Below are positions 11,223 through 24,456 of a DNA stretch of 64,000 nt, piece by piece. Under the pieces are notes generated by a model. That model was given only the letters and a program-made list of their open reading frames with translations. It was not told where the DNA came from and did not search any database. The DNA is from Vezdaea acicularis (taxonomy: Eukaryota). The stretch lies in assembly GCA_026025075.1 (NCBI GenBank), contig JAPEUI010000037.1, positions 1-64,000 on the forward strand, read 5' to 3'. A program made the position numbers and the translations under genes. Position 1 is the first letter of the stretch; each line of letters begins with the position of its first letter.

Positions 11223-12281
11223 TTAATCTTGTTCATCGTCATCAATTCCATTGATGCTTCGCATACGCTTTTGTCCTCCGCTCGGCCTCCCCCTTTGATA
11301 AGCAGGTGAGGTAGTGACAGCCCTCTCACCCACAAAATCCTCTCCTGTCCAGTCATTCTTACATATCGGACACTTCTGTGACTTCTGCACTCGGAAGAAA
11401 TTGACAGTGCAAGCATCATGTAACCTACACGGACAGCTACGCTTAGAACAGCGTTGACCCTTAAACGCGTCAGCGTATGATTGTTACTGCATTTGTACCG
11501 CAAGAGACGTACCACAGTTACAATATCCTTACATGCAGCGCACATCTTTATCTTCTGTGTCCTATCTTGCTCATGATCTTCTTCGTTATTGTCATCGTTG
11601 GGTGCGTTATACGTTTCCACCAGCCAGCTTTTCAACTCCATAAGAGCTCTTGGCGTTAGAGAATAATAGCCTGCCCGACTCCTTTCGAACCAGCCTTCAT
11701 CAACCAGACTGGTAAGCATTTTTTCTGCCTCTGACTTGGTCAATCCCTGGGAGCTGCTCCCTTGCGTGGCTCCCCCACCTTGCGTTTCTGCTCTTTGCGA
11801 CTCGGAGGGTGGTTTTGCGTATTTCAGTGCCTGTACGCTCGTTATAGCCATAACTTCTTGGCGCTTGGTGTTGAACGTTTCGAACATCCCGTCAAGTACC
11901 CGCTTTAAGAACGAGATCTCATCGGCAGAGTGCGTTGTAGAGATCTGAGTGATCGGATCGGAAGTGGTGTTTACAATAGCCCATACCCGAACTCTATCTT
12001 TCTGTGATAAAGTGCTCTGGATAGTATAATCGAACGGGGATATGGCGTCGTTCGCAGCAGCGATGTAGGAATTGAAATCCTGCTCAGTGACATTGTGGGC
12101 CAGGACCTCTCGCTCCTCTAAATGCCTGTCAATGTTTTTCCTATACTTGTAATGAAGGGGTCTCAATACCATTAATTGATAAAATGGCAGCAAGGATCGG
12201 CTGTGCTTGGCTGAATGTGACCGTACCCCGCGAAAGAATTGCTTGAAGGAAAGCTCGGTTAGTATCGCCATAAGCAGGCAT
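11223..12281 (-). CDS. NSE1: Smc5/6 complex subunit Nse1 (winged helix + RING), 3 exons
   Basis: Exon 1 MPAYGDTNRAFLQAILSRG; WAIVNTTSDPITQIST..SADEISFLKR; LTPRALMELKSWL; C-terminal RING CAACKDIVTV|GQRC...CRLHDAC...CPIC..DW. Confidence 0.92.
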
Positions 12282-12804
12282 AGTTGCGGACTTCGAGAAA
12301 TATGGGGAAATATATTAGGTCAGGTTGGGGGTGCAACTACGCATCGTATGCAGAAAGCAAAGTCATTAATTCCGACCTCCACGCAGCTACGCGGACGACG
12401 CGATGAGGCTCACGGGCAGACGCGCTCGTGGGGTCATCCATGCGTTTGACCCCACCAACCTCCTGCCACAACAGCCCTGACCATTTCAATTCGAGACCGT
12501 CTCTACAGTATTAAGCTACAGTAGCTCCCTTTTGGAATGCGATGACAAGTGCTGACTCTGCACTAGTTGCATCTCTTAGTAAGATGTAAATCGAAAGGCG
12601 CGCGGAATGCTTCCGCGTCGTGTTATCTACAATCGCCTTCCCCCCCATGGCTCCTTTGGAATATATCCTTTCTATTCCATGTCTAGAGTTAGGCGAGAAG
12701 CTTAAAGTGCTCATACATATCATTCGCTTTGTTCCAGAGTAAAAGCAAATCTAGTATATGTTTTCATCTCTCATATCCCAATTGTGCAAGTCCGCATATC
12801 AAGA

Positions 12805-14457
12805 ATGGATTCTCAGCAGTTTAGACAGGCAGCGCATGCAGCTGTAGAAGAGAGTGAGGAAGAGCGCCTCCAAAACCAAATTCGGCGCTGACCATATCAG
12901 TCATCAATTACTACGATAACATCCAGGATCGTCGAGTCCTGTCAAAAGTGGAACCTGGCTATCTGAAGAAGATCCTGCCCGAAGGCCCTCCGCAGACTGG
13001 AGAGAAATGGGATGATATTCAGAAAGATATTGAATCGAAAATCATGCCAGGAATTACCCATTGGTTTGTCTTTGATCGTACTATTAAGAAACACGTTGCT
13101 CAAACACTGAGATAGGCAATCACCAAACTTCATGGCCTTTTTCCCTGCGAACTCTACATACCCAGGCATGCTCGGGGAGCTGTATTCGGGGGCCTTCACT
13201 GCGGCTGCTTTTAACTGGATATGCTCTCCTGCAATTACAGAGCTGGAAATTATTGTTCTTGATTGGCTTGCGATCTTGTTCAACCTTCCTTCTTGCTTTC
13301 AATCTGCTAGCGAAGGTGGAGGAGTTATACAGGGCACGACATCCGAAGCGGTTGTGACGATGATGGTAGTGGCAAGAGAGAGGTATCTGAAGGAGAGTAC
13401 AGCAGACTTAGCTGGCGACGACAGGGAGAATGCAATCAACGAGAAACGAGGTAAACTAGTAGCCCTTGCAAGCGACATGGCTCACACCTGCACTCAAAAG
13501 GCCGCTGTCATTGCTGGGACAAGGTATAAGTCAGTATCTACCAAAATTGAGGATGACTTTGCCATGACTGGCGAAGCTCTGAGAAGGACACTTGAAGAAT
13601 GCCGCGACCAGGGACTAGAACCATATTACCTGACGGTCACTCTCGGCAGCACTGCCACGTGTGCCGTTGATCGATTTGGTGAAATTGCTGAAGTTTTGAA
13701 GGACTATCCTCATATCTGGACACATGTTGACGCAGCTTACGCTGGTGCCGCGCTGGTCTGTGAAGAATACCATCATTTGACACAACACTTCGAAGCTTTT
13801 GACAGTTTCAGTATGAACATGCACAAGTGGCTTTTGGTGAATTTTGACGCCACCTGCCTCTGGGTCAAGCAGAGAAAGTACTTGATTGATGCACTCTCGA
13901 TCACTCCTTCCTATATGCGCAATCCGCATACGGAGTCTGGTCTTGTCACGGATTACAGAGATTGGCAGATTCCCTTAGGGAGAAGATTTAGGTCTCTGAA
14001 GATCTGGTTCGTTCTACGAACATATGGGGTCCAAGGACTAAAGGAGTATATCAGGGGCCACATTAAGCTCAGCGAGATATTCCATTCTCTCATAAGAGAG
14101 CGTTCAGACCTATTCAAGGTTCTCACTACACCTGCTTTCGCCTTGACAGTTTTTAACGTGGTTCCTCGGCCCCAAGCGTTGTCACCGGCTACATCAACTG
14201 GGAATCATTCTACCCCTGACGCTGGTGCAAAAGCGTTAGTGGACGCAAATAGCATTACAAAGGAAGTATATGAACTGATTGTCAGCCGCGGCAAAATTTA
14301 CATCACAAGCACGGTCTTGGATAATACCTATGCCATCCGACTAGTTAGCGCGAATCCGAAAGCGGAAGAGAAGTACCTTCGGGCAGCCTTTGATATCCTA
14401 GTCAAAACAGCCGAGGAAGTTCTTGAGAAACATGCCCAAACTGAAGTTGCCGCGTAA
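12805..14457 (+). CDS. PLP-dependent aromatic-L-amino-acid decarboxylase (group II), exons 12805-12853, 12901-13063, 13116-14457
   Basis: MDSQQFRQAAH..., THWQSPNFMAFFP, SPAITELE, HVDAAYAG, PLP lysine in NMHKW, YRDWQIPLGRRFRSLKIW. Confidence 0.95.
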
Positions 14458-14544
14458 GATTGGTTGAAGCGCTATGATGTCGCGCTCCCTCCTTAGACCA
14501 TCAAAGTTTATTTAGAACTAGCTGCGGTACTTACCCCGGATATA

Positions 14545-16068
14545 TTATATTGACAAACAAACTTTCAAGCTTGCTTCCCAGGCAAATCTATCCAAACCCC
14601 GACCTATCATTACAATCTTCCCCTTTACTAAACCATGATGGTCGCTGTGAGTTTCATTCATACAATCAGCATTACTTGTAGGAGCTTTTCGTCCATTATC
14701 GCGTAGCTCAAAGATTTCTCTAACGGCTTGGAGAAGCTTCTCAGAACCATCCTTCAATCGAATCCTGCCTTTCATACGATGGATCTCAAAACCAGTCTTC
14801 AATTCTGCAGGCGTAGACAGATTGCCAGGAAGTGCAGAGTCCCAAAGTATCGATCTCAACCAAGCGTCAAGAGCGTCAAGTTGAGCTATATCAAGAGGCG
14901 AAAATTCAATCGCAACTGTAGATATAGTCTGTCCAGCTTTTTAGTACTCCTTATCAGGATACTTTCCCAAGGGGACTGACCGGATCTAAGTGACTGTGCC
15001 CATGCTGAGTCAATTCTAGATTACCAACATCGTCATAGGCGTGAAGGTCGAGCAAGAACCCTTCTAATTGCGGTACTTGCCCGTGGCGAGTAACATGTAT
15101 CCGAGCCAGGCCATTGATAGCCTTAACTCGATTAACGACCTTGTCAACTTGATCTTGAGAAACTAAGTCAGTCTTGTTGATAACCACGACATCCGCATGT
15201 GAGATTTGAAGATGGGCCGTAGTCAACTCCTGGCTCCCGTGGATGTGGCTTCCCTCGTCCACATAAGGCTTTTCATCAAGGCTTCGGAAGATGTTCTTCG
15301 AGTCCACTAGAGTGACGACTCCGTCAAGGTATATAGTACTCCCCAAACCATCGTCTACCCAAAAAAGGGGTGCAATGTTGCCCGGATCTGCTAGGCCCGT
15401 GGTCTCAAGAAGAATGTAGTCGAACGCGCCACGCCGCTCCATGAGCGATTCAATCGCATTAACCCCAGAATCTCTAGTATCCAGCGAGTCAATGGATGGA
15501 ACATTACGAGCAACTAGAGTTCTCACTTGACGGAGCAACAGATACATCCGTTGGCTAGTTCAAGCCATTCCTCTACTTGCTGGCCATCTTGGTTTACAGT
15601 CATAGCCTTCTCTATGTCGGCCGCTGCGATGCCAATCTTAGCAGGAGCTGTATAGTGTTTCTAAGGAGAACAATACAATCACCAAACTCTGCATTCTCAG
15701 TTAGCTTTCCGAACGTCTTGGAGGTAGCCCTGGCAGGAACTCCCCGGCATACAGCACATAAAGGGTCTACTCAAGGGCCACTCCGTAGTTCACGAGGGAG
15801 AATACAAGCCATTTAGAATCACTGCAATTTTTTTCCCATGCTGCTCCTGTAATATATAGTTCATTAAGGTGGTTTTCCCGGCGCCTAGATAGCCTACTCA
15901 TGATATAAGATATTGCTAGCGATGACAGTACATCGACATACCAGTAACGATCGTTATAGGAACTTTGACTGTAGCATTGAGGTTGCCTTGTTCGGTTCCT
16001 CCTACAACCTCACCATCGAGGTTGACAAGAGAAGGTGGCTCATCTGATGCCTCCATATCTGCTGCCAT
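14545..16068 (-). CDS. CobW/COG0523 Zn-regulated GTPase metallochaperone (ZNG1-like), multi-exon with a 12-nt microexon; start may be 16077
   Basis: [15 protein letters not shown]-loop, [20 protein letters not shown] metal motif, [15 protein letters not shown], CobW_C region HRMKG...QAVREIF. Confidence 0.92.
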
Positions 16069-16333
16069 TTCTTTCATTCCTGACGCCCTCCAAGTGTCTG
16101 ATTGTGTAGCAGAGGTACACAAGGAGACAGAATGAAGTTTCCACTAACTTTAAAGACGTTATTGGCAGGCGAGTGGGACTTCGCAGACGGCTTCGGGCAA
16201 AATCTTCGCTTATCCAAATTCAAATTAGCCTAGCGCGGTCGAAACCCGCCAGGTCTTGAGAGAGCTTACAAGGCATCTGTTAGTTCTCTTTACAAATCTT
16301 CGATAGAAACACTCTGTCTAGACAAAGAACACA

Positions 16334-17946
16334 ATGGCGAGTCCGGCGCTTTCTCCGCGTCTCCCTAGTCCTCCACCAATTCCGGAAGTACAAATTGGAC
16401 CAAAGTCACCCTTACCGCGCAGCGGGGCAGCTGGTACACAACTTGACTTTGGAGACCCAGAGATGAACAACTCTGCGGCTTTGAGACGGATAAGACCTGG
16501 TACGAAATCCGACAACATCGCTATTGGGCCTCCCCTTATTCCGCTGAACGAGGTAAGCGATCCCCCCCCTTCTCTTGGTCTCATTCCTCTCCAGCCGTCA
16601 ATATTCTACCCTTTCTTCTACTTTCTTACGAAGCTTAGCTCGATTCCGCCTTCCAACTTCAAGAACACCTCAAAGCCTTGCACTATCACTATTCTCATCC
16701 CGACAAAACTCATCATACTGTGGCTCTGACGAAGGAGACATCTCTCATAATTGCCAACGCCCCTCCAAAAGTCGACCCGAACCTCTGGCTTTATGAGCTA
16801 TGCCGCCTTCTAGTTACCAAATTCAATACCCTCATTTGTGCCTTATTCGCGTACAATCCCCCGTGTTCGGCCGAAACTTGTCCTGAGATGCGTGCATCCG
16901 AATGGCAATATCTCTGCGCCGCTCATGATCCACCAAATGCATGTGCTGCGATTGATTACTGCTGCCACACCCTTGATTGGGCAGGTGATCTTCTTGCAAG
17001 TCCCAAGAACTTCCCTAGTCGCTTGACCCTTGGCGTTGGAGATGGCGGAGCGGGTGCACAACAGGGTCTTCGCCACCTAACGAATGTGTGTCGCCGAATG
17101 TACCGAATATTTGCGCATGCTTGGTTCCAGCACCGCGCTGTCTTCTGGAGTGTTGAAGGGAAGACTGGTCTATACACCTTCTTCAAGACAATCTGTGATC
17201 TATACCATCTGATACCGGAAGACAATTACACAATACCGCCGCTCGCCGAGGGCATCGATGCTTCGGCTGGAAATAAGCAAGAGGCTGTGGAACCAAAGTC
17301 AATACTCAAGAAGGGTGTTTCTCCTGCTCCTAAGGCTAGTGCTGTCGAACCCCCTACAACTCGTCGACATAAGGCGAAGCCATCTACAGGATCCTTCGTA
17401 ACTACTGTAGACGAAGTTGGCGAAGAAGAAGAACCCCAACTTCCAGCCAAAACTACTGAGCTAGATAAAGCTCCTCCAAGATCCAGCACTGTTGAGCTAG
17501 TCCCTGAGGCGCATGACAAGAGCGATATCCATCCTGCTACTTCTTCTGCTTCCAGCGATGAACCCACCGCCCCCAAATCTGCTTCTGAAACCTCTGTTCC
17601 CGTAGACGAGACAGAGACGGAAACAGCGGAAGCCGATATAGACACAAAAGTCGAAAAAGAGACGACGGAGGATAACCATACCGATTTGGAAGACAAGGTG
17701 AAAGGCTTGTCTATCAAAGACAACGAGAAAGCTCCGGAGCCTAAGAAGCTTACGATTTCAGTAGAGGCGGAGGCCGATACCCCTGAGAGCGGCAAAATTG
17801 CTGACCACTCTGAGCCTAAGCCTGAGCTTGATGGTTCTACAATCAAAAATGTCTCGGAGGGGCAAAAAGAAGAAGATCACGAAAATGAGAAAGCCCCAGA
17901 AGTCAAGGCTAATGTCACCGCTGATGAGAAAGCATCTGAGACTTGA
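16334..17946 (+). CDS. MOB3: Mob3/phocein (MOB4-type, STRIPAK subunit) with acidic low-complexity tail; intron 16553-16638
   Basis: RRIRPGTK, LDSAFQLQEHL, WLYELCR, CSAETCPEMRASEWQYLCAAHDPP, AIDYCCHTLDWA, RRMYRIFAHAWFQH. Confidence 0.9.
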
Positions 17947-18506
17947 AGATTTTGATTTCAACGACTGTTTCCGAAAACCCTTAGATACATGGTCTGGGCT
18001 CAGCTGGGCATATATACCCAAGTACATTTGTATCTGCGGGTTTAAACATCAGGCATTTAATAGTTTGACTGGTGCATCTAGGCGTTCTAGGAGCGGCTCA
18101 TTATTGGCGTTTGGCTTGCTATATCAAATGTACGATAGGAGGTCGAAAATTCAAGTGTACTCTCATGGATAACTTGTAGCGCAGTGGCCCCGTCAAGTCT
18201 CTTCTTGCTCTCGAACGCAGCTCGTCACGATAGACAAGCAAGCACAGTGAGCTTCCACTGTGCTTGTTAAAGCCTTTCCTCTGAGTAGATTAATGAGTTC
18301 ATTATTTTAGTGAATCTTTCTATGACGCGAAAGCACCGTCCACTGGTTATAGCAGTACGGATGCTGATAAACGAGTTTTCGGAGTAACGCCTATAGCGTG
18401 GGTATACTAACGAGCTTCTATCACATATTTTCCCCGGTGCCAAGTGTGCAGACCTGAAAGTAAGAGAGCCAAGCCGCCATAATGCGTATTTCCCTCATAA
18501 AACCTC

Positions 18507-20193
18507 TCATGCATGTATCGCCTGCTGTACATGTGGATACACGCTAATCATCCTCGCATACAAATCCGGGAACTCCTTGACCAAGACCTCGGGGTCCCAC
18601 GCTGCAGCCACAAAGAAGGTCGCAACCCCACTGTTGATCGGTACCATGAAAATGTTGCATATCTGCAAGCCAATAAGGAAGGCGAACGCCATGATGACAG
18701 GCGTATAGTTCCCAGTCGAGTTGTAGGCAGGTTTCGTGAACTCGATGTAGAGATAGGCGAGGAAAGCGCAGAGATAACCCACGAATAGGGCACCCATGGT
18801 GAGAACAGGGTCGATGAGGCAGTCATTCACAAGTGCGTCGATGCCCCTATCTTTCATCATTGTCCAAGTGTCTTTTGCTGCGGGAATATATGCTTTGCCA
18901 TAGAGCGCAATATGGGAGAAGGCGTAGCGGTTGATGAATGTGATAGCCCAGTCTAAAATGCCGATAAAGCACCCGAGTAAGCAGAAGCAGATACTGGCCA
19001 ACGTATTGCCGGTCTGCGCTTCGGTCTGCTGTGCGATGCTGCACGCTTGACGGAGCATCTGGATGATGCTGACGATGAGCGAGCCAAATGATATACTGCC
19101 AAAGGAGTAGGTCATTGCGCGTCTGAAGGCACCTCGAGTCGCCCCTTTAGGAAAGCCTCCGGGCTTTTGGCTACAGAAATACCACGAGCCGTACACACCG
19201 GCAATGGTGGTGTGGATGGTGTTCCTCATCCATTCTGTGATCCAGTAGGCGGCGAATGTCAGGAAGACGAGGAGCCCGATCACTTTGCCGGTGCTACATC
19301 CGCCTGCGCCCGACGAACAAGAGGGGCTACCAGGCTCGTATTTGACGTACACTGCCACCAAGGTTACGGAGTACCAGGCTCCGAATGCAGTGGCGGCAAG
19401 CCCTCCAAGAGCTGAGACAACAAAGACGTGTCCGTGATTCCTAGCAACGTCCATGGTTGTCTGTAGCATCAATACAGAGAACGGGATGCGCGGGATCCAT
19501 GAGATAAAGCAAATGATGTAGAAGACGGCAAAGATTGTGAAAACGATCGCGGCGCTATAATAGTGGCGCACGAAATACAAAATCGCTGTGCCGATACCGA
19601 ACACGATCTGTAGTATCCCTGATATCCAAATGAATTGCTTCGTAAAGGCGCGCGCAAGCAGAAAGTACACCCAGCTGACGACAAAGGCAACGACGAGCAC
19701 GAAACAGAACCCAATTACTGTATTTGTTGTTAGGCCAAAGTCAGCGTTGCTGCCGTAGATGCCGCCGCCAGCTGAAGATTTTCCATGGGCATATCCTTGA
19801 AGAGCTATGCCGCTGACTGCTACGAATCCACAGAAAACTATTATGAGCTGTATACAGAAGAACTATCAGCCCTAGATACTTCTATACGCATCAATTGAAC
19901 TTTATAGTCCGTACCAGTATGCCAGCCCACAGGTCATTCCATTTGGGTTTTTGAATTTTGAAGCTCTGATCAAAGGACGGTTTGTTTCCCGGCACTGGTG
20001 GTGCGCCTCCAAAGTCTTGGCCGTATGTTGGAGGTGGTTGATTGTACCCATATTCTTTTTGACCTCCATTTTGGTTCTGTTGGGGCGCATACTGCATTGG
20101 AGGCTGCTGATTGTTGTATTGAGGCTGGCCATCTCCCTGGAAATAGCTATCGGCAGCTCCTCCATGGGCTTGTCGCGTCTCGGGTTGCGCCAT
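18507..20193 (-). CDS. PNS1: Choline-transporter-like membrane protein Pns1, one intron ~19849-19913
   Basis: Gln/Pro-rich N-terminus, FKIQKPKWNDLWAGIL, multiple TM segments, SFGSISFGSLIV, NRYAFSHIALYGKAYIPAAKDTW. Confidence 0.92.
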
Positions 20194-21285
20194 GACGCAT
20201 GCACCAAACAATGGCCGAGCTGTGAAAGGCCGAGGAAAGACAATACTTCAATTGTCGAGACCACTCGCCAAGCAATTAAGGGAAGTTTAGAGGGTGCGCA
20301 GGTCAAGCGCAACGAGGATGAAGATGAGAGTAAAAGGAAGAGAAATGAAGAGTGTCTTGCCAATTAGCACAGGCATTCGTGACGCTTGCAAGGGACTATC
20401 TCCCGTTCCAGAAATCGGCGGGCGCGATCCGGAACGCTCATGCTAGCGATCGGCTTGCGCTAGACAAACGCGACGAACCTGTTATGACGCCAAGTCTGCA
20501 TCATCTGGTTTTGACGAATGCGCGCTCCTTCAAGCCACGTAGATCGCAAGTCCCTAGACGCCGCATCTCGAGCGAGAACTTGTCGTCCCTAATGGTCTGG
20601 GCCTAGAGCACTACAGTCGTGCTCTCAGAGCTGAATATCTATTGAACTTCGATGGCGAACTGCCGCGTGAAAGAGGAATGTTGACCTTGGCGTTCTCGCT
20701 AAAGAATTAAGGTCCTAGCCTAGCGCATGCTTCAGATCAAGGTCCGCCAACGCGACTTTCATGTGATATCTTAAGAAAACTATTTGAAAGTTAAGCAACA
20801 CCTGAGCCTAGAATATTCCCAAAGGTGGTGAAGAGCATAATTTGATATATGCTTGAGTTTTATAACGGGCTTTGAATGTGTTTTATTAAAATATAATAAT
20901 TATTAAGTAGACAGGAAGTTTCCCGACCCAGCTTCGATCAGTCTCAAAACCTTGGTCATGATGGGAACTATGCAATGGCTTTCATGCACGTTCCAATCAC
21001 CAAAGTGCTACTGAGATCCTCGAATAGCAATGCTCAAGATCGCGATGTTCAATTTCTATCACTCGAATGAGATACGAGATCAGCATTCGTTCCCGGTTCT
21101 TCCGACTGATCATCGCGGGGCGTACGCTCACATGGACACGCCAAAATCGCGCATGGATTTTTCCGTCGCTTTCCTCGATACTTCAAGAGCAGAGATGTTC
21201 CGACTTTTTTTGTCGTGCAGATGCCACCGTCTTATGCAGTCTTAACTCATTCATATACGAGCTCCGATAAGAAATACCTTTCTCG

Positions 21286-22185
21286 ATGACTACCACACAA
21301 ACAGATGTCTTCTATGGCGCACAACTGGTGCCCGGAGAAGGCGTGGCTGACGCAGGACTCAACAACGACGAGTCCTCCGGGATTCGAAATGAGCCCGTTC
21401 GATCATACCAGATCATGAGAAAGGCACGCACGACCAAATGGCGTCCTCTTCACAAAAGCTCATAGCAGCAGTTAAACTTGACTGGTCTCTCCTTCCAGAT
21501 CCTGCCCACTGGCGGCAGCACGTCGACCCCAAGCCCAACATACCACGCATTTGCTTCCTACCTTCATAAGCTATGGCTCCCTCCAAGCTTCAAGCTGCAC
21601 CCAGGAGCCGTTAGTGACGGCGAAGAGGGCAAACGCTGTATTAGCGCGGTGACTTACCAGAGCTGGTGGGGCATGGTGGCTGCGAAAATTGAGATCAAGC
21701 GTTTCGACCATCTAGGTAATCCCAAACCCGCCGTGGTGGTTCAAAGGGAGGGTGGATATAGGGAGTATCACTTCACGCTTCCATCTTCAAGCAGTGACAA
21801 CGATGCCGGAGAGGCTGGTGCCGATGGAAATACCCCGAACTCTAGAGAATTGGTCTGGAAAGGAACCAAAGCAGGGGTCAAGCGGGCATACGTAGATGCA
21901 GGAGAGAAAGTACCCAATTTCCTGCCCAACGGAAATCTGAAGCTGTACTCGGCCTCAGAACCGTCCCGTTTACTTGCCATTTGGAAAAATACGACCAGCA
22001 TGTCACTATTGGGGAATCTTTGGCTTTACGAAGAATTCCAAGAGGGAAAGAGCTTGGAGGATATCATCACCACTTGTTTTGCGATTGTTCTCTACGAGCG
22101 ACTTACAGGTCGCGGCTGGGGTGGTAACTGCTTTGGAGGTAGCGGGAGGGAGGTGAATCTTGCGACAGAGGCGCACAATGAATGA
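21286..22185 (+). CDS. Hypothetical protein; probable short first exon 21286-21423, main exon ~21472-22185
   Basis: Long open frame with protein-like composition (…ELVWKGT…GNLKL…LLAIWKN). An upstream in-frame ATG segment is separated from it by an in-frame TAG inside a possible 48-nt GC-AG intron. Confidence 0.55.
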
Positions 22186-22373
22186 TGCCTCCTGTGTATG
22201 GCTCTAAAAGCCGACTTGACGTTGAGATTAAGGTTGTGTATACCCATTTATAGACAGTTTGTCATGAAATTCGATTATATAAGTCTTTATCTGATGTGAT
22301 AGTGGCAAATGCAAAGATATCAACCCATATTTCTCCTAGCCATGAAATGAGGTGCTTCCGTTAACTGGCAGAT

Positions 22374-22706
22374 TTTCATATAACGAGAGAGCCTTTATAA
22401 CGGGATGCTGTTCATGGAGCGAAGGTCTTTATGCAATGAGAAAGCGTTCATGTTATGAAAGGGCTTTACATATCATAAGTAGCTCGTGAGGTGAAGGATG
22501 TTTATATGGACGGTATTTCGTATAATGAGGGAAACTGATATGACGAGAGGGTATTCGTACAATGAGAGAGTCCTTAAGTGTTGATGAGACTGTCGATGTA
22601 ATAAAAGAAGCGCTTATGTACTGAGATATTTTTCAGGTAACAGTGGGGGTTTCCTATCATTAAGGGGGTTTGGTATAACGAATCGACTGCCATATAACGA
22701 GAATGT
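22374..22706. repeat. Degenerate ~18-19-bp minisatellite, consensus about TTCRTATAAYGAGAGRG
   Basis: Units include ttcatataacgagagagcc (22375), tttatgcaatgagaaagcg (22428), ttcatgttatgaaagggct (22447), ttcgtataatgagggaaac (22517), ttcgtacaatgagagagtc (22554) and catataacgagaatg (22691). Confidence 0.6.
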
Positions 22707-22829
22707 CGCTCAGAGAATGATATGTTGAAGCTGTCACGGTTGCACCAAACTCAAAATCAGGATTTGTATTTGGTACAATATCACATTTGGCGCAAAAGTA
22801 GTATTGTCCCTATTTCTTCAAGGCCCGCT

Positions 22830-23531
22830 TCACTCGACTTTGCTCACTTTACCACTAGTTACATCGTAGACCCAACCACTAATCGTAATGTCATCCGGGA
22901 TAAGCTTCGAGCCCTTCAAGTATGCGATATCGTCCTTAACAGCAGTCTCTAGACTACAGGGTTATTAGTATAGCCATGGAATCGCAGCTCATCTGTTGGA
23001 CTTACTCCTTGAATGGCAAGAAGTCTATGTGGGAGGCATCGGCGCCGACATTCTTCTGTATCAGCCCATGCGCATCCTTGTTCTCGAATGTAAGCATGCC
23101 GCATCCGGTGTGCTTGATGATAAGGACTTCTTTGGTGCCGAGGAGCTGTTCGCTGATGATGATGCTGCGGAATGCATCTTTGGCGCTAGCCCCCGCATTG
23201 CGGATTACATGAGCATCACCCTAGATATGTCAGTGCTCTGCCAGCAAGACATTGTAAAAGGGACATACCAAGTCAATACCGAATGCTGCGAAGGGTTCGA
23301 TCCGTGCATCCATGCATGTTACTGCGGTAGGAACGAAAGGTTAACCGAAGTGAACTCTAGAGCGCTAAGATGTAACCTAGGCAGACGGTTGGAGTCTCCT
23401 TGAAGGATGATTATATGGTACTTACCTACAGTGTAGTGCTTCGCTGGAGGGAGAGCTAGGCTACCCTTTGTAAACTTCGCAGCATACTCCTTGTTCTTCG
23501 CCTCAAGATTGGCCTGGACTGGAGTGGCCAT
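22830..23531 (-). CDS. Beta-class carbonic anhydrase (clade D, small type), 4 exons
   Basis: Spliced VTCMDARIEP, GDAHVIRNAG, IIKHTGCGM (Zn ligands C-x-D-x-R and H-x-x-C), GWVYDV. Confidence 0.93.
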
Positions 23532-24456
23532 GTTTATCAAGGTTGTTAGAAAGTCTGAGCAGGATGAAGAGAACCCGAATATTAAATATGATAAATAGCT
23601 GTAGAGAATTGAATGGGCTTCTTCACTCGGAAAAGAAAAGAGACTTTAGGGCGGGGTCGTTTTATAGAGCTTGAAGCGGGGAATAGCATCGTAGCTCGAT
23701 CCATTCCGTCCACATTCAAGTAACGAATAGGCTTCGGCCTTCATCCAGAGAGGCTTGATAACGCCATCTTGCCCCAGCGATAGGGCGCGTCTGTTGACAA
23801 ACCGCCAGTCTAGAGCTCGACGTGGGAGAGCTAGCCGCAAGGTGTTATGATAGAGCCGGATGGGGTCGATGTCGCCATTCCCCATCCCTCCATCCGAGTG
23901 CTCCTGGCCAATAGAAACGGCTTGCGCCAGCAGCGCCTTGGCGATCTTCTTCCAGGTTCCAGGGTGCTACTAACCAGGTTCGTGCTAGTCCCGATCTCAC
24001 AATGCTCCCTGTGACTCCGTAAGGAGTTGGCCAGAGGGGTACTGTCAAGACGCTATTTCATCATATACCTTTCACAAAGGTCCCTAGAAGAACGGCCCCT
24101 ATTTTCACATGCAACGGATCTGGTCAACCCTTCACTTCATCTGCGCTAACCCCGCACTAAGCCTGAGTCACGTGGTAAATAACTGATAAGATTGGGGGGA
24201 AGCACATGGAGCATAAACTCTGGGTATGCAATCAGATAGGCACATCTACTTGGCTCCTGCAATATCTACAGCTATATAGTACCCCTCATTTCTACCCTGC
24301 TTGATGACTGTGTCCAGTCCCCATCAAGCTTGGCCTGTTGCCCGCGCAAACAATCCAGGATCGCTTGTTCGCGCAATATCAATCTAGCCGAGGCATAAAC
24401 GCTCCTAAAAGGTCCCTCCTTGTCCAGATACAATTCAACACATATACAACTGAGAA

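Noticed and set aside
12805..14457. Secondary-metabolite cluster around the aromatic amino-acid decarboxylase
   Set aside because: The immediate neighbours are housekeeping genes (NSE1, CobW, MOB3), and no backbone synthase, P450 or cluster regulator is present in the window.
22516..22530. loxP-like TTCGTATAATG
   Set aside because: It is a partial match only, with no inverted arm, and is one unit of the local minisatellite.
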